Below, piece after piece: positions 16,601-24,850 of a DNA stretch of 29,863 nt (position 1 is its first letter; every line of letters starts with the position of its first letter). The DNA comes from a virus (Duplodnaviria; Caudoviricetes). The notes below the pieces were generated by a model. That model ran no database searches. It was not told where the DNA came from and worked only from the letters and a program-made list of their open reading frames with translations. The stretch covers positions 1 to 29,863 of the IMG/VR virus record IMGVR_UViG_3300034106_006572. The stretch is one strand, 5' to 3'. A program made the translations under genes and the position numbers.

Positions 16601-19600
16601 CATCTAACTGTAATTTTACCGGTATAGGCAGCCGACGTGCTTGTTACCTGAATTTGCTCGCCGGCGGACATTGCCCTTACGTTGTATACGCAGTTGCCAA
16701 CAGTGTACGTACTATTTGCCGGGCACGGCTTTTCGACACATGTCGCCGGGCCGTATGTGATTTGGCCCTTATTGCAGGTAGCCGTTATTGTGCCGTCATA
16801 ACCGGCTGTGCTAGTGTTAATTGGCTGCGTTGTTACGCCGCTGTTTAGCGGCGGTATCGTATACGTGCAGTTACCAACAGTGTGATCTATGGCGGCGCAG
16901 GGCTCTTCGGCGCACGCAATAATATTTGTTACGTTACGTTGTCCGTTGTTACATGCAACGGTTATTCTACCGACGTACCCAGCGACAAAATTATTAACGT
17001 TTATAGGCGGATCGCCAGAGATTTGCGCGCCAACAGTGTATTTGCAACCAGGCGCTTGATCTATTGTTGTTGCTGCGCAATTCTGCGCGCACGTCGACCC
17101 GGCAATTGTTACAACGCCGTTTGTACATGTAGCCGTTGTGCCGCCTGTGAAACCATTCGGCGCAAAGATATAGCGGCTTTCTTTGTGCTTGAGCGCGGGT
17201 ACGGCGTATGTGCACGCGTTAAATACCATGTTTGCAGCGACGCAATCTTTCATGCACGCTGCCGCGCAGACCGCTAGATTTGCAAATTGGCCGTTTTCGT
17301 TGAGCACGCACGCGTCGTTAGCGCAGTTAAATTTCGGCAGTACAGGCTGGCACGCCGAGCAGTTTTCAACGGGATTGCCGTTCTCCACGATTGTGCACAC
17401 ACCAAGGGAATCACAATACAGGTAGAAGATAAGCACAACCGGTATTTCATCGGGTTCTGGCGGGCAGGTGTCTGGCAGCGCAGCAGTACCGCCATCGCGC
17501 CCGGCGGTATTTGTAGCGGCTGTTCCGCCGTTGTTAAGTACTGCGCACGGGTCGGCAGACGAGCTGCTCGTGGCAGACGAGCTTGTAGCAGAGCTACTTG
17601 ATTGCGCCGAGCTAGATGAACTTCGCGCACTAGGGCTTGAAGAACTGCTGGAGCTTGAAGAACTGCTAGAGCTAGAGCTAGAGCTAGAGCTGGAGCTTGA
17701 AGAACTGCTGGAGCTTGAAGAACTGCTGGAGCTTGAAGAACTGCTAGAGCTTGAAGAACTGCTGGAGCTTGAAGAACTGCTGGAGCTTGAAGAACTGCTA
17801 GAGCTAGAGCTGGAGCTTGAAGAACTGCTAGAGCTAGAGCTGGAGCTTGAAGAACTGCTGGAGCTTGAAGAACTGCTAGAGCTGGAGCTGGAGCTGGAGC
17901 TGGAGCTGGAGCTGGAGCTTGAGCTTGAAGAACTGGACGAACTGCTAGAGCTGGAGCTGGAGCTTGAAGAGCTTGAAGAACTGCTGGAGCTTGAAGAACT
18001 GCTAGAGCTGGAGCTGGAGCTTGAAGAGCTTGAAGAACTGCTGGAGCTGGAGCTTGAAGAGCTGGACGACTCACTATACGAACTAGAGCTTGAAGAGCTG
18101 GACGACTCACTATACGAACTAGAGCTTGAAGAACTGCTAGAGCTGGAGCTGGAGCTTGAAGAACTGGACGAACTGCTAGAGCTGGAGCTGGAGCTTGAAG
18201 AGCTTGAAGAACTGCTGGAGCTGGAACTTGAAGAACTGCTGGAGCTGGAGCTGGAGGAGCAACCACCGTTAACCAGCACACTATCAATACATTTTGGCGT
18301 AAACGGCTTTACAACTTTTCTATTTGCGCTATTTGCTAGTTTTGTATAAAACGGCGCCGCAATATCATCTAGTTGAATTAAACATACTGTGCAACCAATG
18401 TCTGTAGATTGAATCGTGTATCTAAACGTTAGCTGAGAGACTGTGGCGGTTGTCGGGTTATATACATTAGCCCAGCGCGTATCTACTTGATCTTCGTCAA
18501 ATGAAAATAGCAAGCGCAACGGTTTTGTAATATCTACTATTTTCACTGGTTGCTCAAACGACAAATAAATCGTCAAAATGTCGCCGGTGACAAATGTGTA
18601 TTGTGTTGCTGAGTATCGCGGCAGGGCTGTTTTAGTAGTGGCGCTCAGCGGCATGCGCATAGCCGACGACGGCGGGCCGAGCGACACATCCGAGTCGATC
18701 GGGCAGCAAACACTGCAATCTGGGTAAGATCCGGTAACTACTACCTGATATTGCCCAGCAGACACTTTATTTATTGCAACGCTGACTACAGCATCTGACC
18801 CGCATTCTCCCTTAGTCAGCGCGGTGCTGCTGCTACCAGAAAACGAAATATCTGCCTCTGGCGTTGTAATTTCTAACTTAGCGTCAAATTCGCACGGGTC
18901 GCTCCACGAAAGTCCCGTCCATGTAGTTTTTTTCTCGATCGTGAGCGTGCCGTTTGTTTGCCCGTTTACTTTTACGCTGCCAGTAAACGTAGGACACGGC
19001 GGAGCTTTAATTTCAAGCTGCAAGCCGTACTCGATCTGACATTCGCCTTGCGCCGTTTTTTGCGGCAGCATATCGAGCTTGAAATCTACATTTGACGTTA
19101 CGAGATTATCGCCCGAGCCGACAAGGTTTAGGACTTTGCCGCACTTGTTCGGATCCATAGAGAAGCATTTAATAACAGCGCACTTGCTGGCATCGTTATA
19201 TGCGTCTGTTAAATCAAGATCGGCGTTAAACGTACACGGATCCGTCCAGTTCAATCCGGTCCATGTCGGTTTTTTATTAAATGTTAGCGTGCCTTTTTCT
19301 ACGCCACCGACTAATACTTTGCCGGTAAACTCTGGACACGGTTGGGCTTTTATCGCCAACTCCATGCCAAATTCAATTTGGCACGCGCCTTGGGGTGTTT
19401 TATCGGGTAACGTGTCGAGTTTGAAATCTATTGCAGACGTTACTGCATTGTCGCCGGATCCGGCAAGCGTAAGCGCCTGCGCCTTTCCGCATTTATTCGG
19501 CGCCATTGAGAAGCATTTAACCACCGGGCACGGCGGAGGTGGCGGCAGCGCAAGAGCTACATAAATATCAAATGAACAGTCATCTGGTTCATCGCAATTT

Positions 19601-20361
19601 CCTGGCGTTGTGTTGTCTGTTACAGTTACAACAAGCGCCGGCGTATTTATGGTATTGTCATATTGCGCGTCTCCGTCTGCTGTAATAACGGGGCACGGCG
19701 GGCGAGGGACGCGCACATCAACGTTTAGGTCTAATTCAAATTCACAATTGTCTGCGCCGCACTGGCTCGGCGTGACAACCTTGGTGACCGTTATTTTGTT
19801 ATCTACCGGTGTCGCGCAATCTTCATATTTGGTTGTAACCGAAACAGTCCCAGCTGTAATATCGGGACACGGCGGCTTTGGAATAGCCACAGCGATAGCC
19901 AGCGCGATATCAAACTCGCACGCGCTGTTGGGATCGTCGCAATCGACCGGTGTTGATGTGACAGTTAATCCGCCGCTAGTCGTAACGCAGCCTTCATAGC
20001 CAGCTGTGACAGTTACGCCGCCAGAACGAATTTGCGGGCACGGCGGAATAGGAATCGGAATGTCGAGCGTGAGATCAAGCTCGAATTCGCAGTTTTCTGT
20101 TTTTCTTACAGTGATGCCGCCGCCTGGTGTTGATGGCGTATTTGAGCAATTTGCGCCGCGAGGCCGCACGACGATACTTGAGCTGCCGGATTTAATATCT
20201 GGGCAGAACGGCGGCGGCTCAAATGGCGGACATACCGGCGGCGGACAATCAAAAATAGGCGGCGGAGGAGGCGGAATTCGGCAGTCTTCGACGAAATGGA
20301 AATCCACTAAGTCGGGGGGATTGGGTATGCACGCCGGGTTATTAAAGATTTTTTCGGCCAT
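13684..20361 (-). CDS. Giant Cys-rich repeat protein with polyserine linker (putative tail fibre/adhesin-like virion protein)
   Basis: 2225-aa ORF with N-terminal PPCP...CxF repeats, a 208-codon Ser tract, 14 four-Cys repeats, 3 TSP1-like repeats and a unique C-terminal domain; lies in the structural gene run. Confidence 0.8.
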   Translation of the reverse strand: MAEKIFNNPACIPNPPDLVDFHFVEDCRIPPPPPPIFDCPPPVCPPFEPPPFCPDIKSGSSSIVVRPRGANCSNTPSTPGGGITVRKTENCEFELDLTLDIPIPIPPCPQIRSGGVTVTAGYEGCVTTSGGLTVTSTPVDCDDPNSACEFDIALAIAVAIPKPPCPDITAGTVSVTTKYEDCATPVDNKITVTKVVTPSQCGADNCEFELDLNVDVRVPRPPCPVITADGDAQYDNTINTPALVVTVTDNTTPGNCDEPDDCSFDIYVALALPPPPPCPVVKCFSMAPNKCGKAQALTLAGSGDNAVTSAIDFKLDTLPDKTPQGACQIEFGMELAIKAQPCPEFTGKVLVGGVEKGTLTFNKKPTWTGLNWTDPCTFNADLDLTDAYNDASKCAVIKCFSMDPNKCGKVLNLVGSGDNLVTSNVDFKLDMLPQKTAQGECQIEYGLQLEIKAPPCPTFTGSVKVNGQTNGTLTIEKKTTWTGLSWSDPCEFDAKLEITTPEADISFSGSSSTALTKGECGSDAVVSVAINKVSAGQYQVVVTGSYPDCSVCCPIDSDVSLGPPSSAMRMPLSATTKTALPRYSATQYTFVTGDILTIYLSFEQPVKIVDITKPLRLLFSFDEDQVDTRWANVYNPTTATVSQLTFRYTIQSTDIGCTVCLIQLDDIAAPFYTKLANSANRKVVKPFTPKCIDSVLVNGGCSSSSSSSSSSSSSSSSSSSSSSSSSSSSSSSSSSSSSSSSSSSSSSSSYSESSSSSSSSSYSESSSSSSSSSSSSSSSSSSSSSSSSSSSSSSSSSSSSSSSSSSSSSSSSSSSSSSSSSSSSSSSSSSSSSSSSSSSSSSSSSSSSSSSSSSSSSSSSSSSSSSSSSSSSSSSSSSSSSSSSSSSSSSSSSSSSSSSSSSSSSSSSSPSARSSSSSAQSSSSATSSSATSSSSADPCAVLNNGGTAATNTAGRDGGTAALPDTCPPEPDEIPVVLIFYLYCDSLGVCTIVENGNPVENCSACQPVLPKFNCANDACVLNENGQFANLAVCAAACMKDCVAANMVFNACTYAVPALKHKESRYIFAPNGFTGGTTATCTNGVVTIAGSTCAQNCAATTIDQAPGCKYTVGAQISGDPPINVNNFVAGYVGRITVACNNGQRNVTNIIACAEEPCAAIDHTVGNCTYTIPPLNSGVTTQPINTSTAGYDGTITATCNKGQITYGPATCVEKPCPANSTYTVGNCVYNVRAMSAGEQIQVTSTSAAYTGKITVRCYQGTITHTPQPQDEPCIRKPCVLENTKAGQCDFNLAGTTIAYGTNTTYQRTTTVNGVNYAGSVRVYCGDNGVATYDSYTCAVASCTLESQVRGNCTYVFNPNVLAIGQSTTTTPFGFQYTGRMYAMCQVDGSVQYQETESCTPKSCAITAYTQNNCTWNFPVTTIPHNSGTQSLAPTNSGYEGTATATCSFGNTTYSITGCTPKSCTIPAGYTATLGACTFTWPAGLISHGVTTPAISNTNSSTAQGTATLTCNAGTLTPTLGTCVLLPCQLPATHSAGGCTYPLGGGLAVDQTKLANTSTIGGVGTVSARCNSGGSITYTYPVRCGTVNVPRCTTTSIATTRTSLGGCTYNFSSAVSLKSNETLAPINNTNTTTHTGQSGLLCYNGILTLQNETCARKCVLEPQQNGNCYYPFSGSILSTAGNNSVEVQTNTPNYAGRMKAECASTGTPTYSVVTPCTAIPACTLTNQTTAGGCSYTFAGITLPYNGTPVVREFTQSSTVTPGVTNITRIGKMTATCTGTNGTPTYTEDYCRAPVNCTLTTQIRGNCKYDFPSALLPQTTLTAGNEIGVQGENATAGTNSYTGFMIARCPGADLNGTPTYEQTEACRQIANCSQSPREAAIASPYNHDSAGRIKMGFDCIYNFSTFTTKPMNHGAVVTAPYNNNGTAIAACTDGVIDFVEIGTCKTPCSGYAYGLGPCTNNQKQVTTYTKTPAGCVGEPEELPNLSPRACTSCTGYTYDAATICVGGFQRRTVSGYLPNGCEFVAGVSPPFGPDTNTGLPCPCTSYVYTYLPLCINGLAQVNTAVGIPSGCAGGVTPATTGPCSVPNPIQDGVIRWNFPDNASVIRQDGRGPDVPANARLQAGRCYAISSMGTMQFNPNPISHPPRSILNVVEIKILNKVIFSGGVWANSWYPYGNQLFDIEDCGPSYARGKSFHTMPSNAVLTLRVVDTTYSDNIVNAQPVSVWFTEVQ
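17635..18258. repeat. Polyserine-coding minisatellite (6-, 18- and 36-nt units)
   Basis: Mosaic of gagct(a/g) and gagcttgaagaactgct(g/a) units; exact 36-nt duplication at 18061-18096 / 18097-18132 encoding the SYSE interruptions. Confidence 0.95.
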
Positions 20362-20376
20362 GCAGTCACCCGGCTA

Positions 20377-21315
20377 TCAGCATTGCGAAGAAAGAAGCTG
20401 CGCATCTAATTGTATTGAAAGCGTATTCGGTGTCGCAGTCGTAACAATTTGAATACCAGAGCCGCCGACAATGTTTATGTTTGCCGAAGATAGGCCGTTT
20501 ATCGTCGAAATTACTTCATCACAAGCAGGCCCGCCGCTTAAAAATTTGCTGCCTGTTGCTGCCTGCTCTGTCGGCGTTAATTTAATTTCGCTGCCGTTTG
20601 CGCAAAACTCTGCGGCGTCTGGGCCGGATGTATTTGCGCCGAGCGATGCCGCAATCGTTAAAACATTTGCGGCATCGTTTTGAGAAATCTGACAGTTGAA
20701 GCCAGGTTTAAAAAAGATGTTGCCCGCGAGACACTGCGCGTTCACCACAATTTGCCGCGTATTCAACGTGACAGCAGTTGTAGGTTCTGCGCAGTTCACC
20801 GGCAACGCGACGACGCGCGCGTAATTGCCTACGCTGACTGAGCGTAAATAGCTTTTAACGAGGCTTTGAATTCGCGCCGGCTCGACCTCGCGCTGGTCGC
20901 CGAAAAAAACACTATCGCCTACCGCTATCGCTTGTTTTAATTCGGTTAGCGTGCCGATGACAATAAACCCCTCCCAAACTGGTTCTGTCGCGCAGAACCC
21001 CGCTGTGTTATTTACGGCGCTAGACGCAAATACTTCTGTCCACTCGGGAGCGTCTTGATCTACCGTGAACGTTAACGGAAAAGAAATAGAGTTGGGCGTG
21101 TTAGTGAAAAACGTAAAAAGAAAATCTGTGCCCTGCCGTTCAATTGATTGCAGATAAATGCTGTGTATTTCAGTGTTAAATGCGCTGTCTAGTCCCACAA
21201 TAAAACCGCAATCCACAATTGCGGCATTCGGCAGGTCGTCGGCTGAATACGTTGGTTTGAATAAAAACGGGTATTCTCGGTATTCATTGTCGTTATAAAA
21301 GCCGTCACGTGGCAT
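20377..21315 (-). CDS. Putative structural protein, 'R.YP / TING' paralogue
   Basis: 312 aa; NDNEYREYPF and ISTING motifs; TAATG-coupled to the upstream gene. Confidence 0.8.
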   Translation of the reverse strand: MPRDGFYNDNEYREYPFLFKPTYSADDLPNAAIVDCGFIVGLDSAFNTEIHSIYLQSIERQGTDFLFTFFTNTPNSISFPLTFTVDQDAPEWTEVFASSAVNNTAGFCATEPVWEGFIVIGTLTELKQAIAVGDSVFFGDQREVEPARIQSLVKSYLRSVSVGNYARVVALPVNCAEPTTAVTLNTRQIVVNAQCLAGNIFFKPGFNCQISQNDAANVLTIAASLGANTSGPDAAEFCANGSEIKLTPTEQAATGSKFLSGGPACDEVISTINGLSSANINIVGGSGIQIVTTATPNTLSIQLDAQLLSSQC

Positions 21316-22112
21316 TACAGCACCTTAGATCCAACAGCTTCTATTTTTAACACGTCATTTTCCGGATAAATTCTCAGAATAGAATCTGTCATTATAGAGC
21401 CATTTACCGGTTTTGTTACTATCGTGAAGTTAAAATTGCCGAATTTATCAGGCGCCACGCCGTTTATTGTTTTGATGAAATTTTTCGGTTGAAATACGCC
21501 GATATTTTGCCCGTCTTCGTCGAGGCACTCGAACCGTTTAAATAACGGCGCGCCAACAATATCAACGCGGATGGTATTGGGTTCTGTTTGCCGCAGCGTT
21601 ATTCCTCGGTCGCCAATTAGCCAGACGTCGCCGGTGAGCAATTCGCCAGTTGGCGTTAAAATGCCGCGGACACCGGGCTCCTGCGCGGGAATTGCAACGC
21701 CGGCGACCAGCTCTGTGGCCGCGCTCTCAAAGGCGTGCGGTCCGACTGGCCAACCACCGATGCTGCGCATGGCCGGCACTGTTAAAAGCAAAAGGCCTGC
21801 GGGTCGCCCATACGAATCTGTAAGTACTAATTTGCCGCTTTCTGGCGGCGACAATATTTCATACGTCGTTGAGCAGAGTGCAGCCGACGACGCCGTTCCA
21901 ATTGTTATAGTTAACGATGTTTCAGTGACGTCTATTGTTGCGATGTGTGCGCTAACGCCGCCGCCAATTGCGTAAACTACGGCGTCAATAAAGCCATCGC
22001 GCGGCAATTCAAAACCTGTGTCGGAAATCAGGGTTGCCGTATCCGCGAACGGATAGCGCGAGTCAGATTGCTCGTCGCGAAACTCTGGAAAAATGATGCG
22101 CGCGCCGACCAT
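21315..22112 (-). CDS. Putative structural protein, 'R.YP / TING' paralogue
   Basis: 265 aa; SDSRYPF and IKTINGVAPDKFGNF motifs; AAGGA RBS. Confidence 0.8.
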   Translation of the reverse strand: MVGARIIFPEFRDEQSDSRYPFADTATLISDTGFELPRDGFIDAVVYAIGGGVSAHIATIDVTETSLTITIGTASSAALCSTTYEILSPPESGKLVLTDSYGRPAGLLLLTVPAMRSIGGWPVGPHAFESAATELVAGVAIPAQEPGVRGILTPTGELLTGDVWLIGDRGITLRQTEPNTIRVDIVGAPLFKRFECLDEDGQNIGVFQPKNFIKTINGVAPDKFGNFNFTIVTKPVNGSIMTDSILRIYPENDVLKIEAVGSKVL

Positions 22113-22124
22113 GGTACATCCTTA

Positions 22125-24848
22125 TTACGTTAAATAATTTACAGCAATAGCCGGCGGTAGTTGATTTACAAGCGCGGGGCCACTGGCGGCTAACAATTTA
22201 TTGTCACCGTATGCAATTGCTCCCCACGGCTGCGGCGGCGCGTTAACTTCTGTCCAATTAATACCATCCAGCGACGCAACTCCGCGTACATTTGGCCCAG
22301 GTTTCCCAGTATATTGTTCGTCGTTAACTAAGCCATAAAATGTGTTTGCAGCAAAAATTAACGCCGAAATACCGCCACTGTAATACGCGATGCGCAATCT
22401 TTCTGGTAATTGTTGTTTTGTCCAATTTACTGCGTCTGTAGATGTGTGCAGTTCTTGTATACCCGGCCCCATAAACGCGCTGACACCAAACAGCACAAAT
22501 TTGCCGGCACCGAAAGCGCTGGCATAACTTCTGTGCGAACCCGGCATGCTTATGACGCGCCAGCTCGAGCCATTTTCTGAGATCAAACCAATCGCTACGC
22601 GATACCCATCGCCGCCGGGGCGATCGCCAATCGCGAAGTATTTTCCGTTACCGTATACAACTTTAAATATGTTGTATGCTGAATCAACAGATTGATTTGT
22701 CCAGTTAACACCGTCTGGCGACACTATAATTTTTCCGCGGTCGCCAACGGCTATAAAATTGTTATTTAAATACGTTACGCCACGTAGCCCAGTCGGTGAC
22801 AAGCCGGAAAACCGCGCAGTCCATGTCGAGCCATCTGGTGACGTTATGATGTCGCGCGGCGCGTTTGGCTTTTGTGCTGATGTCGGTATGCCGACAGCGA
22901 CAAATTTACCGCTGCCAAAGGCCACGGAGGCTGGAATTACTGTTGTTGCATTAGTATTTATTCCCGCCCACGATGTTCCACCATTATTTGACAATGCCAT
23001 GGTGTAAATACCGTCTGGTTCCGCGCCCGGATAGTTACCTACGCCGATCCACCGATTATTCCCGTACGTCAAACTGTTAAATCCTATGACAACTTTTGGC
23101 GTAGCAGGAAAAGTGTGTAACACAGTCCAGTTACTAAAACTTGGCTGTGGAAGTGCACTTGCGCTACTGCTAGAACTGCTCGAGCTGGCAATTGGTATTA
23201 CAGTTAACCGCGCCGGCGTGCTCGTAATGCTCGCGCCGTTTTGCGCCTGTACGGTAACGCGGTAGAGTCTATTGTTCGCGATCGCTGGCACATTTGTGAG
23301 CGCCAGTGCGCCGAGTATTGTCGTGCCGTCAGTTGGGTTACCGTCAGTAGAAGTGATTGAACCCTTGCCGGCGGACAGCCACGTAGCGCCGTCGTTATCC
23401 GAATATTGCCACAGACGATCGCTGAGCAATTGCGTCGGCGACAACACTGTGTAATTAAACGTTATCGTACCGCCAGCGATAATTGTTGTTTCGCTGGGCT
23501 GCGCGATAAAGCTCAGCGGTATTGCCGATGAGCTACTGGCACTGCTGCTACTAGAGCTACCGCTGGGCGTAATCGGCTCCGCGTATACGATTAAATTACT
23601 TGCGCCAAATGACGACAAGATCACCCGATATTTTCTGTCAGCGTTGCCTATGCCGCCGCGGGTACTTGTGATTGTCAGTACGCTTGTTGTTGCGCCCGCA
23701 GTTGTTTCTGAGCCGCTGTATCCGGCTTTGTACGCTGTGCCATTAATCACATTTTGCCAGCCGATTTGATCGTCGGAATACTGCCATTGGTAGTTAATAG
23801 TTGCAGCAGCGGTAGCGACGATGGTGCGCTCCCACACCGCAGTGCCCTCGAAGTTCTCTGATATCGCGCGCAGTATTACGCCAGCCGAAATAATATTTGG
23901 AATTGGCGACCCGCTAGAGCTTGACGCGCCGCCGCCTGAACCAGAGCTAGACGATTGGCTTGACGCAGAAGAACTACTGCCAGACGTGCTACTACTGCTG
24001 CTTTCGCAGTCGTCTACTGGCTGCCGCGGAATCGTCGGCGTGTCGCAAACCTCCGACAGCCCGATCGGCAGATCTATGCCTATGCCGCCTTTAGGGTTAA
24101 ACGGATATAGACTCAAACCAGACGCGACAAGTTTTAGATCGCCGTTGCAGTCTGGGCCTACGCCGTTAATCGTTTCAATCGGTGTTTTCGGGCACGTGCC
24201 ACTTTCTGGCCGCTGGCTGCACGGCCCGAGAAAATACTGCAGCGGGTTGAAGCGGAAATTGTTCGTTTCAGTGTCTGTGCGAAAAACCAGCGCCGTAGCA
24301 GTTTTGCTGTTTATTGTTATTGTCTTCTTCTCTACAACTACCGGCGCTTCGGCGTCTATCGTCACGAGTCCCGTTAGCCCCGTACCGACGCCAATTTTTC
24401 TCAAACTTGTAACCGGCAGCGGCACATAGCTCCGCGCGTTTCGCGGATTAATAAGCGTTTGTGCGGGAGTAGCGTAGCGCCCAGTAAAATTAGTTTTGAT
24501 GCCGTCTCCAAAAACAATCCACCCAGCTACGCCGTCAGCCAGCGGGGTTATTGGATAGTTTTTATTTAGCTGCGTCGGCTTTACGAGACTGACTGCCGCA
24601 ATTGACATGTTGTCGGTGCTGTCTTTTAGGGCACCGGCGCCGATAAGCACAGTCACAATATTATTTGTAACTGTGATAGCCTGCACGTAAGCCAAGCCCC
24701 CGTATGACGCTGGAAAGCGAATATGACAATCAACAATAATGCTGTCGTTTATGAAATTGCCGTCGTTATCGAGACCTGTGCTGTTATCGTCAAGCGGATA
24801 ACGGCGGCCAGCTTGCAGGTCGTACCAATTTTGATTACGTACAGGCAT
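22125..24848 (-). CDS. Putative structural/receptor-binding protein: paralogue N-terminus, 2 Ig-like domains and an Asp-box/BNR-like beta-propeller
   Basis: 907 aa; RRYPL and IETINGVGPDCNGD; three Ser linkers; two WQYS.D...W...YRV domains; C-terminal repeats SPDGSTWT, SPDGVNWT, SENGSSWR, STDAVNWT and SLDGINWT. Confidence 0.8.
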   Translation of the reverse strand: MPVRNQNWYDLQAGRRYPLDDNSTGLDNDGNFINDSIIVDCHIRFPASYGGLAYVQAITVTNNIVTVLIGAGALKDSTDNMSIAAVSLVKPTQLNKNYPITPLADGVAGWIVFGDGIKTNFTGRYATPAQTLINPRNARSYVPLPVTSLRKIGVGTGLTGLVTIDAEAPVVVEKKTITINSKTATALVFRTDTETNNFRFNPLQYFLGPCSQRPESGTCPKTPIETINGVGPDCNGDLKLVASGLSLYPFNPKGGIGIDLPIGLSEVCDTPTIPRQPVDDCESSSSSTSGSSSSASSQSSSSGSGGGASSSSGSPIPNIISAGVILRAISENFEGTAVWERTIVATAAATINYQWQYSDDQIGWQNVINGTAYKAGYSGSETTAGATTSVLTITSTRGGIGNADRKYRVILSSFGASNLIVYAEPITPSGSSSSSSASSSSAIPLSFIAQPSETTIIAGGTITFNYTVLSPTQLLSDRLWQYSDNDGATWLSAGKGSITSTDGNPTDGTTILGALALTNVPAIANNRLYRVTVQAQNGASITSTPARLTVIPIASSSSSSSSASALPQPSFSNWTVLHTFPATPKVVIGFNSLTYGNNRWIGVGNYPGAEPDGIYTMALSNNGGTSWAGINTNATTVIPASVAFGSGKFVAVGIPTSAQKPNAPRDIITSPDGSTWTARFSGLSPTGLRGVTYLNNNFIAVGDRGKIIVSPDGVNWTNQSVDSAYNIFKVVYGNGKYFAIGDRPGGDGYRVAIGLISENGSSWRVISMPGSHRSYASAFGAGKFVLFGVSAFMGPGIQELHTSTDAVNWTKQQLPERLRIAYYSGGISALIFAANTFYGLVNDEQYTGKPGPNVRGVASLDGINWTEVNAPPQPWGAIAYGDNKLLAASGPALVNQLPPAIAVNYLT

Positions 24849-24850
24849 AA

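Noticed and set aside
17635-18258. Possible CRISPR array or DGR template/variable repeat
   Set aside because: No unique spacers, the repeats are in-frame coding, there is no A-specific mismatch pair, and no cas or reverse transcriptase gene is in the window.
17274-18287. 337-aa alternative-frame ORF (APAVLQAL repeats) suggesting an overlapping gene or frameshift
   Set aside because: The +1 frame of Ser-codon runs is inherently free of stops, and repeat units are multiples of 3, so slippage would not shift frame.
17468-18349. + strand ORF encoding poly-(Glu/Leu), and the similar ORF at 12269-12541
   Set aside because: Antisense shadows of Ser codons (gag ctg/gaa ctg); no RBS or independent coding evidence.
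13684-20361. Eukaryotic or cellular origin of the Cys/Ser-rich gene
   Set aside because: No introns or evident signal peptide, and it is embedded in an SD-led, tightly coupled gene run on a contig carrying a terminase.
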